A stretch of 64,000 bases of DNA, from assembly GCA_040771865.1 (NCBI GenBank), contig JAXGZF010000007.1:62001-126000 (forward strand), written 5' to 3'. Both the position numbers and the translations under genes were made by a program. Below the pieces are notes generated by a model that saw nothing but the letters and a program-made list of their open reading frames with translations, had not been told where the DNA came from and searched no databases. The first letter of the stretch is position 1, and each line of letters opens with the position of its first letter. Origin of the DNA: Desulfobacterales bacterium. GTDB taxonomy: Bacteria > Desulfobacterota > Desulfobacteria > Desulfobacterales > UBA2245. Positions 55,853 through 64,000 of this stretch are shown piece by piece.

Positions 55853-58561
55853 TTACTCCAGATGCTGCTGGTTCGTCTCGCGCCAGCTGCTTTCTTCAAT
55901 CCACCGCTGGGCAGCCTGGGCCCAGAATGCATCGGTCTGCCGAAGTTCGGTCAGACGTTTTTCTGCGGCAAACTTGTCGTTCATCTGCAAAAGCCCGATA
56001 ATCAACTGGTGCAGGGTCCATGCCCTGTCTGTGGCATCCGAATACACCAGGGCTTTTTCAAAAAACGCAACCCCATCATCATAGCGCTTCTGAAGATAGC
56101 AACACTGGCCAAGCCCCACATAGGCCTCCACCCATTGACTGCGAGGCGTATCATCTTCCCGCATAAAGCGTTCCACGATCTTTCGATACGCCCCGAAGGA
56201 TGCATCGATTTTTCCGGCATGCCGCAACGCCGCAGCGTACTGAAGACAGACCCGGTTTTCCGGTGCTTTGCTATCGTCATTCAAGGCCTCACCATAGAAG
56301 TCGGCCGCCTCGCGGTAACGTTTCAGGTCGTACAGAATATCGGCGGCAAGAATCTTCGCTTCACGCATCTGCCCTGCCGTCAGCCCGACGGGATCGGCGA
56401 TGAGTGCAAGAAGACCTTCCGAGGCCTCCTGCTTACGCCCAACTTCGGCATCAGCCCGGGCTTCGCCCAGTGCAACAGGACCGCTGCAGCTTTTGTTCCG
56501 GCAAATGCCCCGAAGTTCCGAGTAAATTGTATTTGCAGCCTGCGGCAGGCCTATGTTGTTCAGACTGGTTCCCAGCATCAGGCCGGTATCTACATCCTGT
56601 TCATCGAAATGGATCAGGCCCCGGCCATAAGTTTTTAAATAAAGATCTGCAACGGCCAGATCCTTCCCCTCCTGAAAAAGCAGCGGAACAAGCGTCTGCA
56701 CGACCGTTTTAAGATGATACCGGCTTTCCTCCTCATGCGGACCTGATGGAAATCTTTCCAGAAGTTCGCTGTAAGCATCGACGCATCGTGCCAATTTTCC
56801 TGTATTTCTCAGGGTATCGGCCTTTTTGGCCATCAGCACGGCTGTCTGCTCGCCAACACGACTTTTCGCGATCAGATGATCATAAGTACCCACAGGATCC
56901 AGGTACACATCAGCACCGGCAAACCCGAACACGCGCATCCCCGGGTTGAGCATCCCCATATCGGCCAGAAGACGGGCCGCCTGATCCGCAGTTTCCGGAT
57001 ATGTTTTCTGGACAAGACCGAACATTGCAAAAGCGCCTTGCAGACGGCCGGAGTCCTGAAGAATCCTTCCCAGAGTACAAAGGGTATCAGAAATACGTGC
57101 ATCGTCCGGATGCATGCTTGCAGCCAGAGAAAAGACATGGGCCGCATCGGCGTACCGGCGGTTTTGATCGTGGTGCTTCCCCATGTTCAAAAGAAGCTCC
57201 AGATCAATATCCCCATAGTCGGGCCACCGCTGCATGGCCTCACGGTATCGGTTTTCCGCATTGACCGCTTGGCGGAGCTGATAGTAGCTGTCGGCAATGA
57301 GAAACGCGGCCGTTTTGGCGTGAATATCGTCTGGATACAGACGCTGCCAGCTCTTCAGCTGATCGATGGCCTGATCAAACCGGCCTGTTTTGTGAAGCAT
57401 TTCACCAATTTTAAAGCCCGCTTCGGCGGCATAGACCGTATCTGGAAAGTCGACGATCAAAAGCCGGTATGCCTCAAGGGCCTCATAATAAAATTTAAGG
57501 TTTTCAAAACTTTTGCCCAGGCGGTAAAATCCGTCGGCGTTTTGAGGTCGATCGGGATATTCCAGCAGAATTTTTTTATATCGCTCGGTGGCGATCAGAA
57601 AGTAGGAGTTTCCCTTCTGCGGTGCTAGGAAATAATAGCAATCGGCAAGACAGCGGGAAATTCGCTCGTTCCGATGGCTGTTATCGGACGGACTGGATTC
57701 CATGGCGGTCAATATTTCCAGCGCGCCTTGATAGTTTGAAGATTCAAACGCCTTGAGCGCCTCTTCAAACATAGTATCTGTCGACAAACCCGAATTGCCG
57801 GCCGCAGGCCCGATATCCGGGTTTGTTTTTCGAGAATCAGGCTGGCCGGTATTCGACGTGTTTTCAACGGGCACCTTATTCATTTCAGCATTGTCCAAGG
57901 CCGGCGGGTTCAAACTTTCCGCATCGTCGACATCCGGCGGCTGAACCTGCAGCGGGTTTGTTTTCTGAATTCCGGAATCCGACCGATCAGGTTCCTTTTG
58001 CCCGGAATCCGGCGATTTTTCGGCAGGCGCCCTGTTCGGTTCTACAGGGTCTGAGACCGGCGGGCTCGAACTTTCCGCATCGCCGAGATCCGGCGGCTGA
58101 ACCTGTAGCGGATTTGTTTCCTGAATTCCGGATTCCGGAAACGCAGGCTCTGAAGCCGAAACCTTCTCCGGCTTCACAACGGCTTGAGGCTGAACCGGTT
58201 TGCTTTCACGTGCAGGAGCGTCAAATTTTTGAATCGAATAATAGCTCAGCACGGCTTTGCTTTTCAGCTCCTCTCCGTGTTGATGGGCCTCGGACTTTTC
58301 GGCAAACCGGCCGATATAAACCCGGTACCAGGTCCCTTTTCCGGGAACCTCCGATTGATGGTAAAACGCCTCCTGTCCCATGGCTTGAAACCGGTTGACA
58401 TCGGATACAGCGCCGCTTTTACGCTGATAAGAAGTCGCATGAATCGAGTAAAACCGCTCCTGATCCGACGAAAGCACCCGGGCGGGACAAATGAACTCCG
58501 ATGCAAGGATCAGCAGAATTCCGCAGACTCTTATCAGCCATTTCCTTTGGTATTCAGGCAT
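55853..58561 (-). CDS. Exported SPOR-domain + Pro-rich linker + TPR protein
   Basis: Start moved to 58561 (MPEYQRKWLIRVCGILLILA signal-like sequence, downstream of a sigma54 site); GKGTWYRVYIGRF SPOR motif; many TPRs. Confidence 0.82.
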   Translation of the reverse strand: MPEYQRKWLIRVCGILLILASEFICPARVLSSDQERFYSIHATSYQRKSGAVSDVNRFQAMGQEAFYHQSEVPGKGTWYRVYIGRFAEKSEAHQHGEELKSKAVLSYYSIQKFDAPARESKPVQPQAVVKPEKVSASEPAFPESGIQETNPLQVQPPDLGDAESSSPPVSDPVEPNRAPAEKSPDSGQKEPDRSDSGIQKTNPLQVQPPDVDDAESLNPPALDNAEMNKVPVENTSNTGQPDSRKTNPDIGPAAGNSGLSTDTMFEEALKAFESSNYQGALEILTAMESSPSDNSHRNERISRCLADCYYFLAPQKGNSYFLIATERYKKILLEYPDRPQNADGFYRLGKSFENLKFYYEALEAYRLLIVDFPDTVYAAEAGFKIGEMLHKTGRFDQAIDQLKSWQRLYPDDIHAKTAAFLIADSYYQLRQAVNAENRYREAMQRWPDYGDIDLELLLNMGKHHDQNRRYADAAHVFSLAASMHPDDARISDTLCTLGRILQDSGRLQGAFAMFGLVQKTYPETADQAARLLADMGMLNPGMRVFGFAGADVYLDPVGTYDHLIAKSRVGEQTAVLMAKKADTLRNTGKLARCVDAYSELLERFPSGPHEEESRYHLKTVVQTLVPLLFQEGKDLAVADLYLKTYGRGLIHFDEQDVDTGLMLGTSLNNIGLPQAANTIYSELRGICRNKSCSGPVALGEARADAEVGRKQEASEGLLALIADPVGLTAGQMREAKILAADILYDLKRYREAADFYGEALNDDSKAPENRVCLQYAAALRHAGKIDASFGAYRKIVERFMREDDTPRSQWVEAYVGLGQCCYLQKRYDDGVAFFEKALVYSDATDRAWTLHQLIIGLLQMNDKFAAEKRLTELRQTDAFWAQAAQRWIEESSWRETNQQHLE
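57901..58137. repeat. Degenerate in-frame repeat in the SPOR-TPR linker (156-bp period)
   Basis: SGIQETNPLQVQPPDLGDAES versus SGIQKTNPLQVQPPDVDDAES (57901-57981 versus 58057-58137). Confidence 0.88.
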
Positions 58562-58618
58562 ATTCAAAATTATTCTCCGGACAGGATCATCTCGTGCGAC
58601 GGAACTGCAATCCCTCAA

Positions 58619-58634
58619 AGCAATTTGCATACCA
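58619..58634 (-). promoter_or_regulatory. sigma54 promoter for SPOR-TPR / kinase / regulator
   Basis: TGGTAT-GCAAA-TTGCT. Confidence 0.72.
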
Positions 58635-58730
58635 TCAACACTATCTTGCATGATTTCAGAATGATCGTTATTAGACTCGGCATTTTGCGGGCAGCTGCCA
58701 TCCGGTTTCTGCCAGGCGGACCGATTGGCA

Positions 58731-58744
58731 GTCAATATATTGAC
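58731..58744. promoter_or_regulatory. Perfect 14-bp palindrome, FleQ-box-like
   Basis: GTCAATATATTGAC, midway between two divergent sigma54 promoters. Confidence 0.62.
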
Positions 58745-58850
58745 ATAAAAGTCGCATAGCTCCGCCAACAGAGACGGCCGGAAACCTGGCTGAAGGCAAA
58801 AGGGAGCTGCTGAACAGCGGATTTGAGAAAATGATTTTTTTGTCCGGCCA

Positions 58851-58866
58851 TGGCATTCACCTTGCA
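58851..58866 (+). promoter_or_regulatory. sigma54 promoter for pilZ-motA-motB
   Basis: TGGCAT-TCACC-TTGCA. Confidence 0.78.
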
Positions 58867-58946
58867 AACAAAGATACAGAAGGCCACGGTCTTCCCATAT
58901 TCAGTGTTCAGACATCCATCAATTTTCAGAAGCGGAGGAAAGGTTT

Positions 58947-59483
58947 TTGAATTCAAATCCGGCAGTTTTTGTCAACAAACGCGGATACTCCAGGGTTGAA
59001 GCCTATATTCCACTGGGCGTACGCCGGATATCCGACGAGGAGCAGACCCGCCTGCGGTCAAGAATATCTGGACAGACAATTCTGGGACGTTTTGCCTCGC
59101 TGCCTGAAATAGACAATCAGATACTGGCCGAATGGCTGCAGATGATCAGTGCCAAGCTCGATGCCGTCATTCGCTTGATGACCGTGCAGCGCGAGGGGTT
59201 TGACATCCTGCCCTTCTGCCATGTCAATATCAGCGGTGGAGGAATTCAGTTTCCCAGTAAAACGCCTTTTTGCGTCAACGATATTCTGGAATTGAAAATG
59301 ATTCTGCCCATGCATCAGCCATTAGCCCTGTATGCGTATGCAAAGGTGGTAAATGTTGATTCCAGACAGGATACTTCAATCCTGTCCGGTGAGTTCGTCA
59401 TGATGGACGATATGATCCGCGACGAGTTGATCCGTTTCGTTTTTGAGCGGGAACGCGAGATCCTCAGAGAAAAAAGGGGGTAA
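58947..59483 (+). CDS. PilZ-domain protein
   Basis: RGYSR (RxxxR) and NISGGG ([DN]xSxxG) motifs; TTG start after GGAGG. Confidence 0.85.
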   Translation: MNSNPAVFVNKRGYSRVEAYIPLGVRRISDEEQTRLRSRISGQTILGRFASLPEIDNQILAEWLQMISAKLDAVIRLMTVQREGFDILPFCHVNISGGGIQFPSKTPFCVNDILELKMILPMHQPLALYAYAKVVNVDSRQDTSILSGEFVMMDDMIRDELIRFVFEREREILREKRG

Positions 59484-59492
59484 CCAAAGCCC

Positions 59493-60350
59493 ATGTTTGC
59501 GCTCGTCGGAATGGGAATAGTGGCGACTGCCATTATCAGTGGGTATATTATGGAACATGGCAATCTTTCCGTGCTGTTCCAGCCAGCGGAATTCGTAATT
59601 ATCTTCGGAGCGGCCATCGGCGGATTTCTCATCGCAACTCCCATGAAAACCGTCAAATTCGTTATATCGTCCGTGATTCGAATGTTTACCCACAGTTCTT
59701 TCGCCAAACAGGATTACATGGACGTGTTGATGCTTTTAAACGGCGTCTTTTACAAGATTCGACAGCAGGGCCTGGTGTCCGTTGAAACCGATGTGGACGA
59801 GCCCGATCAGAGCCCGCTCTTTCAGAATTATCCCAAGGTATTGAAAAATCATCGGGCCATCGCCCTGATTACCGACACAATTCGAACGGTCATGACCACC
59901 ACCATCGCCCCGCATGAGCTGGAAGCTTTGATCGACAGCGAGCTGGAAGCCCATCATGAAGAGCTTCTGACGCCGTCGTCGGCGGTCAATTTCGTAGCCG
60001 ACTGCCTTCCGGGCCTGGGCATCGTCGCGGCCGTTCTCGGAGTGGTCCTCACCATGGGCAAGATCAGCGAACCTCCGGAGGTCCTCGGGCACAGCATTGG
60101 CGCCGCCCTGGTGGGAACCTTTCTGGGCGTGCTCTCCTGCTATGGATTTGTCGGGCCGGTCGGCAAGAATCTTGAACACATGGCCGCGGAAGACCTTCAG
60201 TTTCTGACGGTCATCAAGATGGCCCTGCTGTCATTTATCGGCGGGGCAGCGCCAAAGGTGGCGGTGGAATTCGGACGCCGGGTCATTCCGGCCGAGGTCA
60301 AACCTGCCTTCACGGAACTGGAACAGGCCCTCAGGACGACAAAAAGCTGA
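59493..60350 (+). CDS. motA: Stator A subunit (long enteric-like MotA)
   Basis: FQPAEFVIIFGAAIG, RQQGLVSVE, LPGLGIVAAVLGVV, GAALVGTFLGV, AVEFGRR. Confidence 0.95.
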   Translation: MFALVGMGIVATAIISGYIMEHGNLSVLFQPAEFVIIFGAAIGGFLIATPMKTVKFVISSVIRMFTHSSFAKQDYMDVLMLLNGVFYKIRQQGLVSVETDVDEPDQSPLFQNYPKVLKNHRAIALITDTIRTVMTTTIAPHELEALIDSELEAHHEELLTPSSAVNFVADCLPGLGIVAAVLGVVLTMGKISEPPEVLGHSIGAALVGTFLGVLSCYGFVGPVGKNLEHMAAEDLQFLTVIKMALLSFIGGAAPKVAVEFGRRVIPAEVKPAFTELEQALRTTKS

Positions 60351-61180
60351 TGGACGATCATTCCCAGCAACCGATTATCATCAAAAAAGTCAAAAGAGGC
60401 GGCCACGGCGGGCATCACGGCGGTTCATGGAAGGTGGCTTACGCGGACTTCGTAACCGCGATGATGGCGTTCTTTCTCCTGATGTGGCTGCTGTCCATGA
60501 CCTCACCGGAGCAGAAAGCGCAGCTGTCCAACTACTTTACCAATTTTAGTGTCTTTCAAAGCTCCGGTGTTTCATCCATAAAAAAGCCCGCCGATATTTT
60601 TGACCAGCCCGTAGAGGGAGTACGCATGCTGATACGAAATCCGGGAGAATCGGAAGAGGGCATGAGCTCGGAAAAACTGGTCAAAAAGCTCAAACGGGCC
60701 GTGGCTGAAAAGCTGGAAGCCATTCAGGATCAGATACTGATTGACATCGTTGAAGGCGGGGTAAGGGTGCAGATCGTGGACGCGGAAGGGCATATGATGT
60801 TTTCACTGGGAAGCGCTGAACCCACCGAAGAAGCGAAAAAAATCCTTCAACTGGTCTCTGAAAACATCAAGGGCCTGAACAACCGGATCGCCATCGAAGG
60901 GCATACGGACGCCGCTCCATTTGCCGGCGGACAGATGACCAACTGGGAGCTGTCCACAGCCCGGGCCTCGGCCGCACGCAGGGAACTGGAAAGAAACGGA
61001 CTGGTTTCGGAAAGAATCGCCCGGGTGGTCGGATATGCAGACCAGGAACTCTATGTCAAAACCGACCCGAGAGATCCAAAAAACCGTCGCATCAGCATCA
61101 TTCTGATACAACCCAATACCGCGGAAACGAATTTGCTTGAAAATCAACCCAGACAGACATCCACCACAAAAGATCCGTAA
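60350..61180 (+). CDS. motB: Stator B subunit
   Basis: HHGGSWKVAYADFVTAMMAFFLLMWL, EGHTD, NWELSTARA, NRRISI. Confidence 0.95.
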   Translation: MDDHSQQPIIIKKVKRGGHGGHHGGSWKVAYADFVTAMMAFFLLMWLLSMTSPEQKAQLSNYFTNFSVFQSSGVSSIKKPADIFDQPVEGVRMLIRNPGESEEGMSSEKLVKKLKRAVAEKLEAIQDQILIDIVEGGVRVQIVDAEGHMMFSLGSAEPTEEAKKILQLVSENIKGLNNRIAIEGHTDAAPFAGGQMTNWELSTARASAARRELERNGLVSERIARVVGYADQELYVKTDPRDPKNRRISIILIQPNTAETNLLENQPRQTSTTKDP

Positions 61181-61602
61181 TCCGTCTCAAAAGGAATAAT
61201 GATGCTCGGACCGCCCAAGACATGGCGGATTGTGTGGTCTTTTCCGGCCACCACGGTTGGAATGGCGGCCACGACGTTAAGTCCTTGGGATTCCAAACAC
61301 TTTCGGGACGACCCGGAAACCATGTTGGTGATCTCTCCTACCGCATCCCGAACATCGCCGTTGACTTCCTTGATATCCTCTCCGAGCATGTTGGAAACGA
61401 CCTTGATGATGCAGCCGGCTGAAAAACTCAGCGCCAGGGATCCTTTTGCATCACCGGTAAGGCCGATGATCGCCGACACATCCCCCTGCGCCACATTTTC
61501 CTTTTTCAGATAGGGTTTCCCTGGCCTCGGCTCAATGAATGCCATGGTTTTGAGTACATCGATCGTGCCGTCAATAAAAGCATTGATAAATCTGACATCC
61601 AT
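61144..61602 (-). CDS. cheX: CheY-P phosphatase CheX
   Basis: INAFI, SAIIGLTG, DAVGEITNMVSG (ExxN), IPTVV. Confidence 0.9.
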   Translation of the reverse strand: MDVRFINAFIDGTIDVLKTMAFIEPRPGKPYLKKENVAQGDVSAIIGLTGDAKGSLALSFSAGCIIKVVSNMLGEDIKEVNGDVRDAVGEITNMVSGSSRKCLESQGLNVVAAIPTVVAGKDHTIRHVLGGPSIIIPFETDYGSFVVDVCLG

Positions 61603-61622
61603 AATGGTCCCCGCAAGGTTGG

Positions 61623-62003
61623 TTAAATTTTTTCCATGATCTTCTGAATTTTTTCATTCAGGACCTCGGCGGTAAACGGCTTGACGATGTAATTGCTGAC
61701 GCCCGCCTTGACTGCCGCCACAACGTTCTCCTGCAGCGCTTCGGCGGTCACCATCAAAAACGGCGTTTTGCTCAGATCGGCATCGGCGCGGACCGCTTTC
61801 AGAAGTTCCAGCCCGCTCATGTTGGGCATGTTCCAGTCGGATATGACAAAATCAACCTTCTGTCCTTTCAAAACCTTCAATGCGGAAACCCCGTCCTCGG
61901 CTTCAACAATGTTTTCATAACCGGACTGTTTCAGAAGATTTCGCAACACCTTGCGCATGGTACCAAAGTCATCCACCACCAAAATTTTTATATTCTTGTC
62001 CAT
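61623..62003 (-). CDS. cheY: Chemotaxis response regulator
   Basis: [32 protein letters not shown]. Confidence 0.93.
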   Translation of the reverse strand: MDKNIKILVVDDFGTMRKVLRNLLKQSGYENIVEAEDGVSALKVLKGQKVDFVISDWNMPNMSGLELLKAVRADADLSKTPFLMVTAEALQENVVAAVKAGVSNYIVKPFTAEVLNEKIQKIMEKI

Positions 62004-62155
62004 CTTATCCCCCAAGCTGCGTATCAGTTCAAGAAACCTCGGATGGAGAGGTTATGAAAATTTCTTTATCACATTACGCGCATCCGCAAACAATATTTTG
62101 ATGCATCCAACTCTTTTTCGAGCACTCCGGATTTTGTTCAAACCGTTTTGAATCA

Positions 62156-64000
62156 TCAGGCCTCGCTGAGTTCGAAAATCCCCTCGGGATCGAGAATCAA
62201 CCCAATCTGGCCGTCTCCCATGATCGCCCCGCCGGAAACCCCTCGAAGATTCTTCAGACGCTCCCCGAGATTCTTGATCACCACCTCGGTTTTTCCGATA
62301 ATCTCGTCGACCATCATGCATTTGGACTGACTTTCTCCGTCCACCACCAGCACAATGGCCTCCCATGGAACCATCCGCTCCGGCCGGATGTTGAAAAGCT
62401 CGTACAATCGTACTAGCGGCATCAGGCGCCCCATGACATTGATGATCTCTCCCTTTCCGACGACGTTGGCATAGGCGCTCTCCTGAGGCCGAAACGCCTG
62501 GCGTATGGCGGAGGTCGGCAGAATATATCTTTCCGGTCCGATCTTGACGATCATTCCATCGATAATAGCCATGGTCAACGGAAAACTCGTCACCAGGGTT
62601 GTGCCTTTCCCCGGAGCGCTTTCAATTTCGATCTTGCCCCTTAACTTTTCAACGGCCTGTTTGACCACGTCCATGCCCACGCCCCGGCCGGATACATCGG
62701 TGATCTTCTCGGCCGTGGACAGGCCGGGCATTAGGATCAGCCGGAACACATCCTGATCCGACATTCCCTCATCATTTTCAATGAGGCCGTTTTTAATGGC
62801 TTTATTCAGAATTTTTGTCCGGTCCAGCCCCTTTCCGTCATCAACGATCTCAATGACGACATTGCCGCCCCGGTGATAGGCTTTGAGCTGGATCAACCCC
62901 TTTTCCGGTTTGCCTTGTTTAATACGCTCGGCAGCGGGTTCGATTCCGTGGTCCACGGAATTTCGAATCATATGCACCAGAGGGTTGTAGATTTCATCCA
63001 CCATGTTGCGGTCGATTTCCGTTTCCTCGCCTTCCATTTCCACGGCGATCTGCTTGCCCGTACTTTTGGCAAGGTCTCTGACCAGGCGCGACATTCTCTG
63101 AAAGGTCTGCTTGATGGGAACCATTCTCAGCCCGGTGGAAAGCCGCTGCAGACCCGAGGTGATTCGGAAGAACTGGGCGATGTCCCGCGTCAGATTGCGG
63201 TCGACGGTCAGCTGGTTCTTGATGTCCTGCTGAATCATCGACTGGGTGATCACCAGTTCGCCCACCATGTCGATCATATCATCAAGTTTCTGCGTGTCCA
63301 CCCGAATCGTCGAAGTATCCGTAATCTGGGCTGTCTGCTTTCGAAGAGCCTGGGAAACCTGTCTGGGCGTAACCTTGCCCTCGCCGATCAGAGCCTCGCC
63401 CAGCTTTTTGGGAGGATCGCCCTTGGCGGCCTTCAAGCCTTGTTCAAGAATTTCGGGCGTAATCGCCCCATCATCAATAAGAATCTCGCCAAGCTTTTTC
63501 CCGGTCGGCAGATCATTCTGACGAACCTTGTTAATGCGCGCCATCAGAGCCTTGATATCAAGATCCAGGGCCTGCGCCGGCGAACCGGCCAATCGATCCT
63601 TCAACTGGCCGATCAGCATCTTCAACGCATCGGCGCCGTCCAGAACCACGTCAATGACCGGCGGCGTAACCTGAAGCTGATCGTTCCGGGCGTCATCCAG
63701 AAGGTTTTCCAGATTATGCGCCAGATCGCGGATGGTTTCCAGATTCAGAAAGCTCGCAACTCCCTTCATCGAATGAAATGGACGGAATATGGTATTGATA
63801 TAGTCCTTATTGCCCGGCTCCTGCTCCAGGTTCAGGATATTGACCTCAATTTCCTCTATATATTCGAGGCCTTCGGAAATAAAATCTTTCAAGAGGGACT
63901 CATCCTGAATTTCGGCCTCCTGCGGCGGCGAAACCGGCTGGTCTGACTTTGAATCCGAGCTTTGAAGAGCTTCCGGCGGGGACTGATCCCCAACCTGAGA
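62156..64000 (-). CDS. cheA: Chemotaxis histidine kinase, 5' end outside the window
   Basis: Hpt FRPFHSMKG, IRVD..LD..VGELVI, HMIRNSVDHG, SGRGVGMDVV, CheW-like tail. The frame stays open to nt 64000. Confidence 0.95.
   Translation of the reverse strand, partial: SQVGDQSPPEALQSSDSKSDQPVSPPQEAEIQDESLLKDFISEGLEYIEEIEVNILNLEQEPGNKDYINTIFRPFHSMKGVASFLNLETIRDLAHNLENLLDDARNDQLQVTPPVIDVVLDGADALKMLIGQLKDRLAGSPAQALDLDIKALMARINKVRQNDLPTGKKLGEILIDDGAITPEILEQGLKAAKGDPPKKLGEALIGEGKVTPRQVSQALRKQTAQITDTSTIRVDTQKLDDMIDMVGELVITQSMIQQDIKNQLTVDRNLTRDIAQFFRITSGLQRLSTGLRMVPIKQTFQRMSRLVRDLAKSTGKQIAVEMEGEETEIDRNMVDEIYNPLVHMIRNSVDHGIEPAAERIKQGKPEKGLIQLKAYHRGGNVVIEIVDDGKGLDRTKILNKAIKNGLIENDEGMSDQDVFRLILMPGLSTAEKITDVSGRGVGMDVVKQAVEKLRGKIEIESAPGKGTTLVTSFPLTMAIIDGMIVKIGPERYILPTSAIRQAFRPQESAYANVVGKGEIINVMGRLMPLVRLYELFNIRPERMVPWEAIVLVVDGESQSKCMMVDEIIGKTEVVIKNLGERLKNLRGVSGGAIMGDGQIGLILDPEGIFELSEA

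Noticed and set aside
58562..58867. 102-aa N-terminal extension of the SPOR-TPR ORF given in the ORF track
   Set aside because: It spans two sigma54 promoters and the palindrome; the signal-like sequence starts at 58561.
1..64000. rRNA, tRNA, CRISPR, IS, prophage or defence genes
   Set aside because: None recognised. Almost all sequence is accounted for by coding genes and short regulatory gaps, though small RNAs cannot be excluded by eye.

Overview
A near-complete flagellar/motility supercluster. Gene order, sigma54/sigma28 control and CheX suggest a deltaproteobacterial-type (Desulfobacterota-like) host; this is inferred, not shown. 1-10.6 kb (+): a CDP-sugar biosynthesis and glycosylation island (rfbF end, rfbG, epimerase, C-methyltransferase, Twitch radical SAM, DegT aminotransferase, WbqC, CmcI-like protein, a large multi-GT/TPR enzyme), probably for flagellin glycosylation. 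10.6-15.4 kb: an alphaproteobacterial-style filament module (flagellin, orphan ORF, flbT, flaF), a collapsed relic of a second flagellin...flaF unit, and a divergent sigma28-driven TPR/Ig-like gene. No fliD, fliS, fliW or csrA was recognised in the window. 15.5-58.6 kb (-): the full hook, basal body, export and motor set, with an embedded signalling module (REC-TPR, sensorless kinase, kinase with a degenerate ATPase domain), a FlhB-CC/FliK-like pair, a motA-motB'-motB stator in which one MotB lacks the conserved Asp, a FliK with a 240-bp internal duplication, an FleS/FleR-like pair and a SPOR-TPR gene. 58.9-64 kb: PilZ-motA-motB (+), then cheX, cheY and a partial cheA (-) with a MshEN-like insert. 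Three sigma28 and five sigma54 promoter motifs, candidate enhancer boxes and a recurring AGAAC-loop RNA hairpin are visible. No rRNA, tRNA, CRISPR array or IS element was recognised. All calls come from motif recognition by eye, with no database search.
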